DNA of 64,000 nucleotides from a virus, in the IMG/VR virus record IMGVR_UViG_3300021373_002437, positions 31,981 to 95,980 of that record. One strand, written 5' to 3'. Positions 31,050-41,600 of the stretch are shown here, piece by piece. Under the pieces are notes generated by a model, which saw only the letters and a list, made by a program, of their open reading frames with translations, did not search any database and had not been told where the DNA came from. A program made the translations under genes and the position numbers. Position 1 is the first letter of the stretch. Each line of letters starts with the position of its first letter.

Positions 31050-31605
31050 CTTTATTACTAAGTTGGATTTTAAGTTTGATGTGGCTGCTCTGAGAGAGGA
31101 TATGGATGACTTTACATTTATGCTGGACGATTACAGCAGGAATGAGTGTACAGTCTATAACCAAATGGGATTGAAGCACAGGAAGGGTGCTGAGAATGTC
31201 CATATAGATTCCATGGGGAGTTTATATGACCGTGAAAAAAAGGAAGTCATATCAAAAGAAAGTGACTTCTCAGAGTACAATCCGAATATCGGAATGTACA
31301 CTAAGTCTGTTATAGAAAAAATAGAAGAAGAACAAAAAATAAGAATAGGTAGAGCCAGATACATGACCCTACTACCCAAGACGGGGCTAAGTGTACACTT
31401 CGATATAGAAGAGAGGCTACACTTAGTATTGAAAACCAACAAGACTGCGTTCATTGCGAACTATACAGGGGATGAAGGTTGTGAAGCTATTTGTACCCAT
31501 TTACCAGCAGATGGTTACGTATACAAAGTAGATACTACCCGAAACCATTTTGTATATAATGGTGGTTGGGAGGACCGCATTCACTTAGTTCTATGCATTA
31601 CTTGA
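31015..31605 (+). CDS. Aspartyl/asparaginyl beta-hydroxylase-like 2OG-Fe(II) oxygenase
   Basis: RARYM.L.P...LSVHFD...RLH..L.TN, HLPADG..Y.VDT...H...NGG..DRIHLV (HxD...H...R). Start may be 31003 or 31015. Confidence 0.75.
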   Translation: MTTTEKPSTSTDFITKLDFKFDVAALREDMDDFTFMLDDYSRNECTVYNQMGLKHRKGAENVHIDSMGSLYDREKKEVISKESDFSEYNPNIGMYTKSVIEKIEEEQKIRIGRARYMTLLPKTGLSVHFDIEERLHLVLKTNKTAFIANYTGDEGCEAICTHLPADGYVYKVDTTRNHFVYNGGWEDRIHLVLCIT

Positions 31606-31617
31606 ATTTCTGTTATT

Positions 31618-31625
31618 TATAAATA
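31618..31625 (+). promoter_or_regulatory. T4-type late promoter for gene 18
   Basis: TATAAATA. Confidence 0.8.
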
Positions 31626-31676
31626 TTCTAAGTAATTTACAGAAAAACGCAGTAATTTTTAATAAGGAGAAAAGAT

Positions 31677-33371
31677 ATGGCTTTTCAGCTATCACCGGGA
31701 GTACAGGTAACAGAAAAAGACCTAACTTCAGTTGTTCCCGCAGTGGGAACTTCCATTGGTGGTTATGCAGGCGATTTCCCATGGGGGCCTTGCAACGAAG
31801 TAACCACAATCACAAGTGAAAACGAATTAGTAAGACGTTTTGGTAAACCCCCTGCTACTGCTTATGAGGGTTGGTATTCCGTGGCGTCTTTTCTAGCTTA
31901 CACTGACAACTGTAAGGTGGTTCGTGCAGTAGATACTGCTGCTGCTCTTAATGCCACATCAGATGGTGCAGGGGTTCTGATTACAAACGAAGACGATTAC
32001 GAGAACAACCATGAAGCTGGTGGTGCTGGTGATGGCATGTGGGCTGCTAAATGGCCCGGTCTTGTTGGCGGCAACCTGCTTGTTTCTTTCGCAGACAGTT
32101 CTGGTGACGGTACCGCTATGGAAACCTACACTGACTGGGCGTATGCAAATCAGTTTGATTTCGCTCCGGGTACTTCAGAGTTTGCTGCTGCAGACGGTGC
32201 TTCTGATGACGAACTGCACATCATTGTAATCGATGCCGGTGGTTACTTCACTGGTCAGGCTGGTACTATCCTTGAGAGGTTTGCTGGTGTTTCTAAAGCA
32301 TCCAACGCAAAAGATTCCTTGGGTCGTTCTAACTACTACAAGACGGTAATCAATCAGCGTTCACAGTACATCTGGTGGACTGACCATCCAGTTTCTGCTC
32401 CTACTTGGGGTGGCAGTACTCTTGGTGGAACCGCTTTTGCAGATGGTCATACTGCTGCAGAATCCACGGTTACTCTTGGTGGTGGTGCTAATGGTACTAC
32501 CGTCGATGCTGACGTAGTTACTGCTTTGGACCTGCTTGAGAACGACGAACTTGAAGACGTAAACTTGATCTTCTCTGGTAACGGTTCAGCCACGGTCAAC
32601 ACAAAGATTCAGTTGGTTTGTGATACTCGTAAAGATTGTATCGGTTTTGTATCGCCACCTTCTGCTGCTGTTCTGGACAATGTTGGTTCTGAGGCTGCAG
32701 ACATTGTAACCAATGCAGACACTTATACTCGTAGCTCTTACATGGTCTACGATTCTGGTTGGAAGTATATGTATGACCGCTATTATGATCGCTACTTGTA
32801 CGTTCCCTGTAATGGTGACGTAGCTGGTCTTTGTGCGAACACTGACTATGTAGCAGACCCTTGGTTCTCGCCTGCCGGTTTTAACCGAGGTAAGATCAAG
32901 AATGCTCTTAAGCTGGCATACTCTCCAGACAAGGCAGATCGTGACACACTTTATCAGAAGGGTGTTAACCCAATAATAGCGGCTCAAGGCTCTGGTATTA
33001 CTCTGCTAGGTGATCGCACTATGCTGGACAAGCCAAGTGCTTTTGATCGAATCAACGTTCGACGCTTGTTTATTGTTCTTGAGAAGGCTATCGCAACTGC
33101 TGCTAAATTCCAGTTGTTCGAATTCAACGATGCCTTTACCCGAGCACAATTCAAGAACTTGGTAGAACCTTTCCTGCGTGACGTACAAGGTCGCCGGGGT
33201 GTGTATGACTTTAGAGTAATCTGTGATGAGACCAACAACACTCCAGAGGTCATTGACCAGAATGGATTTGTTGCTGATATTTTTATCAAGCCTGCTAAGT
33301 CAGTTAATTTCATTCAGTTGAACTTCATTGCAACTAGAACGGGCATTTCTTTTGAAGAGCTTATCGGTTAA
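31677..33371 (+). CDS. 18: Tail sheath gp18
   Basis: FQLSPGVQVTEKDLT, F.WGP, PWFSPAG.NRG, SAFDRINVRRLF, IFIKPA.S.NFI.LNF.ATRTG. Confidence 0.97.
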   Translation: MAFQLSPGVQVTEKDLTSVVPAVGTSIGGYAGDFPWGPCNEVTTITSENELVRRFGKPPATAYEGWYSVASFLAYTDNCKVVRAVDTAAALNATSDGAGVLITNEDDYENNHEAGGAGDGMWAAKWPGLVGGNLLVSFADSSGDGTAMETYTDWAYANQFDFAPGTSEFAAADGASDDELHIIVIDAGGYFTGQAGTILERFAGVSKASNAKDSLGRSNYYKTVINQRSQYIWWTDHPVSAPTWGGSTLGGTAFADGHTAAESTVTLGGGANGTTVDADVVTALDLLENDELEDVNLIFSGNGSATVNTKIQLVCDTRKDCIGFVSPPSAAVLDNVGSEAADIVTNADTYTRSSYMVYDSGWKYMYDRYYDRYLYVPCNGDVAGLCANTDYVADPWFSPAGFNRGKIKNALKLAYSPDKADRDTLYQKGVNPIIAAQGSGITLLGDRTMLDKPSAFDRINVRRLFIVLEKAIATAAKFQLFEFNDAFTRAQFKNLVEPFLRDVQGRRGVYDFRVICDETNNTPEVIDQNGFVADIFIKPAKSVNFIQLNFIATRTGISFEELIG

Positions 33372-33375
33372 CTGG

Positions 33376-33383
33376 TATAAATA
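33376..33383 (+). promoter_or_regulatory. T4-type late promoter for gene 19
   Basis: TATAAATA then AGGAG. Confidence 0.8.
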
Positions 33384-33404
33384 AAGAATAAACAGGAGAT
33401 ATAA

Positions 33405-33920
33405 ATGAATATTACAGAGTTTAAGTCACGGTTAGGTGCTGGTGGAGCCAGACCCAATCAGTTTAGAGTCCTTCTGGGATTTCCAAGCTACGTGCCTAAT
33501 GTAGATACTTCATATAGCCTTCTGGTAACTGGCGCAGCGGTTCCTGCTTCCACAGTGAACCCTGCCATTATCCAGTACCGAGGTCGTGAAGTTAAACTAG
33601 CAGGCGAGCGTATCTTTGACCCATGGACAATTACAATCGTTAACGACACAGAGCAGAATCTGCGTCGAGCTTTCGAAGCTTGGATGGAAGGTATGAACAC
33701 TGTTGCTGAAAACACAGGTGTACTGACTCCTTCTGACTACCAATCTGACATTGTTGTTCAGCATCTGGACCGCAATGATGAAGTTTTGACTGGTGGCACA
33801 TACACACTTCGAAGCGCATTCCCAATTCAAATGAGCGAGATTGCATTGCAGTATGGACAAAATGATATCTTGGAAGAATTCACTGTAACCTTCCAGTATC
33901 AGCATTACGAAAATACATAA
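33405..33920 (+). CDS. 19: Tail tube gp19
   Basis: GGARPNQF.V, RGR.VKLAGER.F.PWT.T..ND, EEFTVTFQYQ. Confidence 0.96.
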   Translation: MNITEFKSRLGAGGARPNQFRVLLGFPSYVPNVDTSYSLLVTGAAVPASTVNPAIIQYRGREVKLAGERIFDPWTITIVNDTEQNLRRAFEAWMEGMNTVAENTGVLTPSDYQSDIVVQHLDRNDEVLTGGTYTLRSAFPIQMSEIALQYGQNDILEEFTVTFQYQHYENT

Positions 33921-33942
33921 AATCTCACAGTAAGGATATAGC

Positions 33943-35550
33943 ATGAATATATTTGGGTTTGAGATAACTCGAAAGCAGCCACCTAAGACTGAAAAATCTT
34001 TCGTGGCTCCTTCCGATGAAGGCGGCGTTGAAAGCATACGGGCGGGTGGTTATTACGGCACCTACTTGGATGTGGAAGGCGTTGCCAACACGGAAGCGGA
34101 GTTAATCAAAAGATACAGAGACATTTCCCTCATGGCAGACGTTGATACCGCGATACAGGATATTGTGGATGACGCTATTGCCTATCTGGATAATGAAGAC
34201 CCGGTAAAGTTGAACATGGACAAGGTTAGCCTGTCCAAATCAATCCAAGAAAAAATCCAAGCAGAATTTGAAGGTATCATTGAGCAACTTGATTTTAAGA
34301 ATCGTGCTCAAGATTACTTTCGTCGTTGGTATGTCGATGGGCGTTTATATTTTCATAAGGTAATTGATACTGCCAAAACTAAGGAAGGTATCAAGGACAT
34401 TCGTTACATCGACCCGCGCAAAATTACCAAGGTAAAAGAAGTACATAAAGAAAAGAATGCACAGGGTATTCAATTCATCAAATCAGTTGATGAGTACTTC
34501 ATTTTTAATGATAAAGGTCTAAAGACTAACCCCGGACAATATCAAGCACCTACTAATGACAATGCGCTGAAGATACCAAAAGACACTATTACTTTTGTTC
34601 CGTCTGGTATGGTAGACCAAGACAAGAACATTCCTCTTTCATATCTACATAAAGCTATTCGTACAGCAAATCAGTTGCGTATGATGGAAAATGCTGTAGT
34701 GATCTACAGGATTACTCGTGCGCCAGAGAGACGTATTTTTTATGTGGACGTTGCCAATATGCCTTCAGGTCGTGCAGAACAATACCTGAAAGATATTATG
34801 GACCGCTATCGTAACAAGCTGGTATATGATGCTAGCTCTGGTGAAATCCGAGACGATAAGAAGTTCATGTCTATGTTGGAAGACTTTTGGATTCCTCGTA
34901 GGGGTGGTAGCACCGGTACACAAATCGATACTCTACCTGCAGGACAGAACCTAGGACAAATCGAAGACGTAGAATATTTCCAGAAAAAACTGTATCAGTC
35001 TTTGAATGTACCCGTCTCCCGTTTGGAGCAACAGGGTGGTCTTAATTTTGGTCGTTCTGCGGAGATTAACCGAGACGAATTAAAATTTACTAAGTTCATT
35101 GATAAGCTTCGAAGAAAATTCGGTTCATTGTTTGATGATCTTCTCAAGACTCAGTTGATTCTGAAAGGAATTATCACCGAAGAAGATTGGGATAAAATCA
35201 AAGATGACCTCTATTATGAATTTGCTCAAGATGCTTACTATTCAGAATCTAAGGAACAGGAAATTCTTAGAAGTCGAGTAGAACAACTTAATGGCATGGC
35301 CCCTTTTATTGGTACTCTTTTTAGTAAAGGGTATGTACAGAGAGAAGTTTTGAAATTAGACGATGAAGAAATTAAGAAAATAGAATCTGAAATCAAGACA
35401 GAAGTTCCAATGCCAATGCCAGATGAACAGGAGTTTGCTCCAGAAGAATTCTCTGAGGAACCAACAGAAAAACAAGAGCTTTCTGAAGCAGACGAAGCAA
35501 CATTACAATTGGTGAAGAGTGCTACTGATTATTTAAATAATGGTAATTAA
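33943..35550 (+). CDS. 20: Portal protein gp20
   Basis: [16 protein letters not shown]...[38 protein letters not shown]. Confidence 0.97.
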   Translation: MNIFGFEITRKQPPKTEKSFVAPSDEGGVESIRAGGYYGTYLDVEGVANTEAELIKRYRDISLMADVDTAIQDIVDDAIAYLDNEDPVKLNMDKVSLSKSIQEKIQAEFEGIIEQLDFKNRAQDYFRRWYVDGRLYFHKVIDTAKTKEGIKDIRYIDPRKITKVKEVHKEKNAQGIQFIKSVDEYFIFNDKGLKTNPGQYQAPTNDNALKIPKDTITFVPSGMVDQDKNIPLSYLHKAIRTANQLRMMENAVVIYRITRAPERRIFYVDVANMPSGRAEQYLKDIMDRYRNKLVYDASSGEIRDDKKFMSMLEDFWIPRRGGSTGTQIDTLPAGQNLGQIEDVEYFQKKLYQSLNVPVSRLEQQGGLNFGRSAEINRDELKFTKFIDKLRRKFGSLFDDLLKTQLILKGIITEEDWDKIKDDLYYEFAQDAYYSESKEQEILRSRVEQLNGMAPFIGTLFSKGYVQREVLKLDDEEIKKIESEIKTEVPMPMPDEQEFAPEEFSEEPTEKQELSEADEATLQLVKSATDYLNNGN

Positions 35551-35552
35551 TT

Positions 35553-36674
35553 ATGGAAAACCCAAAAGACTTAGGTAAGACGCTTGGGTTAGTCGTTGCT
35601 TTAATAGACCGAGTTAAAAACGAACTAAAAGCTGAGATAGACGCTCTGACCAGAATGGCTGGACCCAAGGGGGATGCTGGTGCAACTGGAGAAAGGGGCG
35701 AACAAGGTGATCGTGGACCAAAAGGTGAGACCGGATTGCCGGGTATTGCTGGTCCCCGTGGAGACGTTGGAGCGGTAGGACCACAAGGGATACAAGGCGA
35801 GCGTGGCGAGAAAGGAGACAAGGGTGAGCAAGGCGAGACTGGACCCAAGGGCGATGTGGGTGAGGTTGGTCCACAGGGCGAACAAGGCATACAAGGTGTT
35901 GAAGGACTGGTGGGCCCCATTGGTCCTCGTGGTGATGTCGGTCCTGTGGGTGAGACAGGAGCACAGGGACCAAGTGGACAACGTGGTGTTAAGGGAGAAA
36001 AAGGTGACACGGGACCACAAGGAAAGCGTGGAGAAAAAGGAGAAATAGGAGCCCGAGGTCAGAAGGGGGCCAAAGGTGCTAAGGGTGACAAAGGTGACAC
36101 CGGAGCACAAGGCCCTAAAGGTGAGAAAGGTGCCAAGGGTGATAAAGGAGCCAAAGGTGCTAAGGGTGACAAAGGAGATAAGGGCGAGAAGGGCGATACC
36201 CCAGAGATAGACCTCGACCCTATCAAGAAAGACCTTGAGAAAAATTTCGAGACCTTCACGACAAAATTAAATACAGATGTACAAAAGTTTAAAGGAAACA
36301 TCATCAGCACATCAAGCGGTGGTGGTTCAGTAAGAATACTCGACAATGATGATGTTGAGTTTAAGCGGGTCCACCAAGTAGAGGGCAACGCTATTTTGAT
36401 ATTCGACTCAGTGAAAAAGAAGTTTGTCTCTGAGTCACTAGAATCCATATTACAACGACTACAGATAGATTTAGAAGTGCAATACGATAAACTAGTAGAT
36501 GACGAAGGAAGTTTTACATATGTAGGTGAAGCCACTCCCGGCTCTGCTACATCTGCTGCTGCGTGGAGAATCAAGAGAATCGAGGATGTTAACGGTGATC
36601 TTGAGATTCGCTTTGCAAATGCCACAGCAGATTTTGATAAAATATGGGATGATAGGGCAACCTACACATATTAA
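35553..36674 (+). CDS. Collagen-like fibre protein
   Basis: 60 uninterrupted Gly-X-Y triplets; coiled coils on either side; C-terminal YVGEA.PG...WRIKRI...WDDRA.Y.Y domain. Confidence 0.9.
   Translation: MENPKDLGKTLGLVVALIDRVKNELKAEIDALTRMAGPKGDAGATGERGEQGDRGPKGETGLPGIAGPRGDVGAVGPQGIQGERGEKGDKGEQGETGPKGDVGEVGPQGEQGIQGVEGLVGPIGPRGDVGPVGETGAQGPSGQRGVKGEKGDTGPQGKRGEKGEIGARGQKGAKGAKGDKGDTGAQGPKGEKGAKGDKGAKGAKGDKGDKGEKGDTPEIDLDPIKKDLEKNFETFTTKLNTDVQKFKGNIISTSSGGGSVRILDNDDVEFKRVHQVEGNAILIFDSVKKKFVSESLESILQRLQIDLEVQYDKLVDDEGSFTYVGEATPGSATSAAAWRIKRIEDVNGDLEIRFANATADFDKIWDDRATYTY
35661..36200 (+). repeat. Gly-X-Y x60 collagen repeat
   Basis: Counted from GPK GDA GAT to GEK GDT. Confidence 0.95.
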
Positions 36675-36678
36675 ATTT

Positions 36679-36686
36679 TATAAATA
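36679..36686 (+). promoter_or_regulatory. T4-type late promoter
   Basis: TATAAATA before the 836-aa ORF. Confidence 0.8.
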
Positions 36687-36747
36687 TCAGTATTGATTAG
36701 ACAATATACAGAATTCCTAATAATAAAAATAAAAGGAGAGAGTTAAA

Positions 36748-39258
36748 ATGGCTCTAATTACAGACCCAGATTTTCTATCACAAGGTCAACAAACAGACGC
36801 TACTGGTGTGACTTTTGGTACCCCTTCAGGTTCCGAGGTTACTATTAGTGGTACCGGTCTTCCGGGGTTGGCTGCAGGTGATTACTTTGAGGTTCGTGGT
36901 GCTAACCAATCCGAGAACAACGGTCTTTATGTTGAGACTGGTGGTTCCCCCACAACTTCAGATATAACTGCGACTAAGGTTGCTGGTGACAACGGTGCCA
37001 CTCCAATTGCAGATGCGGTGTCTTCTGCTACATCATTTCTTCACGACGATGATACTGCCGCAGAAGAGAAGTCAGTATACTTCGACGTTTACACCCGTGA
37101 AATTTGGCTACTTAAGCAAGGCTCACTAAGTGCAGATGGTGCAACCCTTCAGGCTATTTACTCCTTTGCTAAAGAAGAGTGGAAGGACGATGCTGAGTTG
37201 ATCAACCATCCTTTCCCATTCGTTGCGATTACACCAGAACAGTTCGAAACCACAGCTAATTGGGCTTTCCATACTGGTACTGATGCTGCTGGTATTGGTG
37301 TCGGTGATATCGTACAAGATACTGAAACTCGTAAGCTGGTTCGTACTGGTGGATGGAGAGAGATTTCGATTAACGGCGATATCTTAAAAGAATATGCATC
37401 AATTATTACGTTGGGTAACTTTGAAGATAACACCAATGACTTGGCTTATTTCCAACAGGGCGATGACCCAACAGACACTTCTGCTGCTACAGACTTTACT
37501 TTTAACGGTCCTGTAAATGAAGCAGTACTTACTTACGACTTGGCTACTCCGGGTCCATTTGCAACAACTGAACTGGTAATTACTGGCACAGACACTATCA
37601 CTCGCTCTGATGCCGGTGGTAGCTTCATCACTGACGGTTACTTGGTTGGTGGTCAGATCACAATCCTGACTTCAAACGAAGCTGGGAACGTTGGTACATA
37701 CACAATCACTGCAGTCTCCGCAACAGTTATTACAGTTGACGCCACACCACTTACTAACGTGGCTGACGATACTGGTTTCAGTGCTGCTGTAAATAACCGA
37801 AACGTATTGAACGTGTTCTTGCGATCAGATTACCTGTTCCAAGGCGGCGATACTTCCGGTAAGACTTACGCACAACAAGCACTAGGCGATATCGGTGTAA
37901 GCGAGGTTTCGAACCAAGTATTTAGATTTCCATTGTCTAATGTTCTTGACCTCAACATCACAGAAACAGATGCTAACGTTGGTACTTCTACTGCTCTTGA
38001 TTCAGGTAGCGGTACTTACGATGACATTACTGTTAAATTCTTTGACGGTGCCTTTACTCGTGATGTAGATGACCCATCTGGTTCTACTCCACGTTCTTTC
38101 GGTATCGTAATTGAAATTGGTGTACATTGTGGTATTGATGGTTCAACTTCTGGTTCAGTACTTACTTCTACTGATGGTGGTATAGATTTAACTGCGTATG
38201 ACGGTGGTACTCTTGTAATTCACGAAGGTAATGACAAGGGTTCTTATAACATCACCGGAACAACCGCAACCACAATCACGGTATCTGAAACTTTTACCGG
38301 AGACACTGGCGCATCCTTTACAGCACAGCGTGAAGACGATGCTGATGTTCGTGTTAAAGCAACCACTACTGAAGTTTATGAAAAAGTTCAGTACTTGCTT
38401 CGTCAATCCGTAGATATTAACAGCCATAGCTCTGCTGCGGTTGTTGGTAAAACTGCTGATGCGTTGCTACGATTCATTGGTACTGAATTGGAAGCAGGTC
38501 AAGCTGTACCTACTAACCCGAATGGTGGTGGTACTGGTGTTATTGTTGAGGGTCTTCTTGACCATTCAGGTTCAACCTCGAACGATTATACATTCTTCGA
38601 GAACGGCTCAACATCAATTGCATTCCCGTTTGTTGCTGGTGGTACTATTTCATTCAACAACAACCTGTTCAACGATGCAGACGCTAACTTCTGGATGTTC
38701 TTCACTTACACCAAGCGAACAACTGGAACTACATTCTCAATCTCTGGTGCTTCAGGTCAAGCTGGAACATTGGGTGGTTCTGGGGCGACTCTTCCAGTGC
38801 TGGTCGATGATCAGTACATTCGTATTTCCGGGTTTGCTGAAGAGGCTAACAACGGTCTGTATCGTGTTGACGATGCTTCACCAGACACTACTGATGTAAC
38901 CGTTTTTAAATCTGATGGTACTACATTGGTTGACGAGTCTGCTGGTGCAACTGTTAATATCGATGAAGACCCAATCGATTCTCCTGCTGCCATCATTGTT
39001 AATGACAACGATGGTGTGCCAATCGAAGGTGCTATCCCAGCGGCTGTATCGGGTGTTTCTACACGCTCCTTTACATTCGACTACGATAATAATGCACAGG
39101 GTGAGCGAACTGCAGGTGACGGTGATGCGGCTATTACAATCCGAGCAATCGGTTTTCAAACTGCTGCATTCGTGGAAACAACCGGTACCATTGGTCAAAC
39201 CGGTAACAACTTTTCACTCGTTGCGGCTCTGGAACGTAACTACTCCAACGCAGCTTAA
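36748..39258 (+). CDS. Large acidic Thr/Gly-rich putative virion protein (836 aa)
   Basis: Own late promoter, strong SD and own terminator; internal repeat (G.Y.EV.G....NNGLY twice). Confidence 0.75.
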   Translation: MALITDPDFLSQGQQTDATGVTFGTPSGSEVTISGTGLPGLAAGDYFEVRGANQSENNGLYVETGGSPTTSDITATKVAGDNGATPIADAVSSATSFLHDDDTAAEEKSVYFDVYTREIWLLKQGSLSADGATLQAIYSFAKEEWKDDAELINHPFPFVAITPEQFETTANWAFHTGTDAAGIGVGDIVQDTETRKLVRTGGWREISINGDILKEYASIITLGNFEDNTNDLAYFQQGDDPTDTSAATDFTFNGPVNEAVLTYDLATPGPFATTELVITGTDTITRSDAGGSFITDGYLVGGQITILTSNEAGNVGTYTITAVSATVITVDATPLTNVADDTGFSAAVNNRNVLNVFLRSDYLFQGGDTSGKTYAQQALGDIGVSEVSNQVFRFPLSNVLDLNITETDANVGTSTALDSGSGTYDDITVKFFDGAFTRDVDDPSGSTPRSFGIVIEIGVHCGIDGSTSGSVLTSTDGGIDLTAYDGGTLVIHEGNDKGSYNITGTTATTITVSETFTGDTGASFTAQREDDADVRVKATTTEVYEKVQYLLRQSVDINSHSSAAVVGKTADALLRFIGTELEAGQAVPTNPNGGGTGVIVEGLLDHSGSTSNDYTFFENGSTSIAFPFVAGGTISFNNNLFNDADANFWMFFTYTKRTTGTTFSISGASGQAGTLGGSGATLPVLVDDQYIRISGFAEEANNGLYRVDDASPDTTDVTVFKSDGTTLVDESAGATVNIDEDPIDSPAAIIVNDNDGVPIEGAIPAAVSGVSTRSFTFDYDNNAQGERTAGDGDAAITIRAIGFQTAAFVETTGTIGQTGNNFSLVAALERNYSNAA

Positions 39259-39272
39259 TCTTTGTTTTGAAA

Positions 39273-39303
39273 GGGTGGTGGCTTTTGCCGCCACCCATTT
39301 TTT
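39273..39303 (+). terminator. Rho-independent terminator
   Basis: GGGTGGTGGC-TTTT-GCCGCCACCC followed by A and a T run. Confidence 0.8.
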
Positions 39304-39316
39304 AGAGGTATGGTAT

Positions 39317-39538
39317 ATGATTATTAGTCTTTCACAGACAGCTAAAATATTGGCTCTCACAGAGGATGAAGTGATGTTCTATGTGCAGAGTAAAAAAATA
39401 ACAGCAGGAACTAATCAGGAAACTCTCACATGGGAATTTGACATGGATGAGATTCTTGGTTTCAAAGAAGTTCTTGATCAAGCCCGTGAAGAAAAGCGTT
39501 TAGAGGAAGAGGCAAAACAAACAGAAGAGGATAACTGA
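39317..39538 (+). CDS. Small helix-turn-helix (excisionase/MerR-like) protein
   Basis: ISLSQTAKILALTEDEV..YVQSKKI.A......WEF; GAGG upstream. The longer track ORF from 38915 overlaps the 836-aa gene. Confidence 0.6.
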   Translation: MIISLSQTAKILALTEDEVMFYVQSKKITAGTNQETLTWEFDMDEILGFKEVLDQAREEKRLEEEAKQTEEDN

Positions 39539-39960
39539 TGAAGATTCTTTTTCATTTCGATGAATGGCACAAAGATGTTTGGTCAGGTCGTTATATTGAT
39601 TTAGATACTTGGTTCATCCTCCGTTCTCTTTGGGATGTTGGTGACATGGCATGTGTTAACAACACAAATCTTGATATCCTAACTGGTCGGTCTAATTTTG
39701 AAGTATTTGATACGTTAGATGATTTCATGACTGCTCATTCCGGTGAGCCCATGGTACAGATACAACACGTTTCGAAGACGAACAACTTACTCACAAACCT
39801 ACCCACCCCAACAGCAGACACATGGTATTTGTTTGGCCCTTCTGCTGGCTTTGAAAATATAAACGGTATTGATGTTGTTAGTATTGGACAAAACGGCGTT
39901 GATAGTCACCACGCACCCTACATAGCATCGATTGTAGCACATGAAATTTGGAATAGATAA
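39538..39960 (+). CDS. Divergent SPOUT (TrmL/SpoU-like) fold protein
   Basis: VFDTLDDFM ... WYLFGPSAGF ... VVSI....DSHHAPYIASIVAHEIWNR mirrors the layout of the SPOUT C-terminal knot. Confidence 0.5.
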   Translation: MKILFHFDEWHKDVWSGRYIDLDTWFILRSLWDVGDMACVNNTNLDILTGRSNFEVFDTLDDFMTAHSGEPMVQIQHVSKTNNLLTNLPTPTADTWYLFGPSAGFENINGIDVVSIGQNGVDSHHAPYIASIVAHEIWNR

Positions 39961-41549
39961 TGGCCGTAACAGCGACAGGCACAGGGGTTAGGAACTCGGC
40001 AGATTCCACAACGGGTTGGTCGGCTGGGTCACTGAACACAGAAGGACAGGTTGAAGGCACTGGCTATATTGGTGCCAAGACAGGTTCCGGTATCACTCGT
40101 TATAATCATCTCGGCACCCCAACACTAGACTTTACCCCGTCAACCGGCGCTGAAGCGGGGGAACACGTTGTTATTTGGTGGAACGTACTGACCCCGGCGA
40201 ACATCGACACAGATGCGAACGGCGGTGTCAGGGCTTATGTCGGCAATGATGCGGGAACCAACTTTGAAGAACAGACGATAACGACAGTTGGTTATTCTGG
40301 TGGCTGGCAAGCGGCTGCATTTAATCCCCAAATAAACTCTAATGCTGGTGATTTCTCTGGCGGCACATACGACGATTCTGTTGCTGATGCATTCGGAATT
40401 ACCTATAACATGACAGCCGGTATCATGGGTAACTTCACCAACGCTGGTGTTGACCAGATCACTATTGGTTTTGGTGTTCAGGTAACAGGAACCACCCAAT
40501 CCTTCTCAGACATACTCACAGCCGAATCTACCAACGTGTGGGGTTGGGTGATTGAATTTGAGGGGGTGCTTTACCCACAAGGCAAGATTGAAATTGGTGA
40601 CGGTACTACAACTACCACATTTTCAGACACTGATCAGACGGTTGTTTTTCGTAATCAGCCGGTAGCATCTGACTTCTACGAGATTCTAGTAGATACTGAT
40701 GCGACATGTACCTTTGGGAGTTTGAGTTCTGGTGTTACATCTGGTGGTTGTTTTTTCAACTCTGCAGGAACTGCACAGTATTCTCTTAACGTGGTTGAGG
40801 GCGGTACTGTAGAGGCTGTTTTGAATGCTTACGCGAGCACATTTACAAATTTTCGAATTGCTTCATTAAACCCAAGCACAACATGTCAAGACACAACATT
40901 CTCAGCAGGTGGGCAGATTGCGTTAAACGGAGCAACACTTACCGGGTGTAACGTTCTATCATCTACGGTGGGTGCTGACACTGGTGCGTTGTTGTTGGAT
41001 GACGATGTAGAATTTGCTAACAGCGGCTCTCCACTCGTTCAAGATTGTTTCTTTGGTGACAATGCAGCTAACGCAAATTCCGGTGCCATCGAGATTTCTG
41101 ACATAGGAACATATAACTTCAACAATATTACTTTTTCTGGTAATTCTTTTGATGTTATAAATTCTAGTGGGGGTTTGGTAACAATTAACGTCTCCGGTGG
41201 AGATGTGCCTACCGTAAGAAACTTGACTACTTCAACTACAGATGTAGTGGCAGATTTGACTATTACTGTCACTAACATGAAGGACAATACAGAGGTTAGG
41301 GTTTTCGAAACCAGTACACTGGACAATACTCCCCCGTATGGAACCCCGACAGAGATAGCTGGCATTGAAAACGCCACAGCAGGAACGACAGATGCTAGAA
41401 CTTTTGCGTTTACGATTTCTTCTGGTACGGGAATAACCATCAGAACCTTTAATCAAAACTGGTTAGCTGATGATGTTGCGATAACCCCAACTTCTGATCA
41501 GGAGGTTCAGATCGCACAAAGGGTTGACAGGGTATTTAGTAACCCGTAA
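39960..41549 (+). CDS. Putative virion protein, beta-rich (possible beta-helix)
   Basis: Thr/Gly/Asn-rich 529 aa; CTF/CFF/ITFSGN-type repeats; TAATG coupling to the upstream gene. Confidence 0.65.
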   Translation: MAVTATGTGVRNSADSTTGWSAGSLNTEGQVEGTGYIGAKTGSGITRYNHLGTPTLDFTPSTGAEAGEHVVIWWNVLTPANIDTDANGGVRAYVGNDAGTNFEEQTITTVGYSGGWQAAAFNPQINSNAGDFSGGTYDDSVADAFGITYNMTAGIMGNFTNAGVDQITIGFGVQVTGTTQSFSDILTAESTNVWGWVIEFEGVLYPQGKIEIGDGTTTTTFSDTDQTVVFRNQPVASDFYEILVDTDATCTFGSLSSGVTSGGCFFNSAGTAQYSLNVVEGGTVEAVLNAYASTFTNFRIASLNPSTTCQDTTFSAGGQIALNGATLTGCNVLSSTVGADTGALLLDDDVEFANSGSPLVQDCFFGDNAANANSGAIEISDIGTYNFNNITFSGNSFDVINSSGGLVTINVSGGDVPTVRNLTTSTTDVVADLTITVTNMKDNTEVRVFETSTLDNTPPYGTPTEIAGIENATAGTTDARTFAFTISSGTGITIRTFNQNWLADDVAITPTSDQEVQIAQRVDRVFSNP

Positions 41550-41556
41550 AAAAAGT

Positions 41557-41564
41557 TATAAATA
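41557..41564 (+). promoter_or_regulatory. T4-type late promoter
   Basis: TATAAATA. Confidence 0.8.
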
Positions 41565-41600
41565 GTCTATAAGACTTAAATTTATCCTAGGAGAACAAAT

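Noticed and set aside
31614-31621. Minus-strand TATAAATA overlapping the gene 18 promoter
   Set aside because: Arises from the AT-rich palindrome TATTTATAAATA; no minus-strand target gene.
35522-36625. Long minus-strand Pro-rich ORFs
   Set aside because: Shadow frames of the collagen GGN codon periodicity.
38915-39316. N-terminal extension of the 207-aa track ORF
   Set aside because: Overlaps the 836-aa gene and its terminator; the credible start is 39317.
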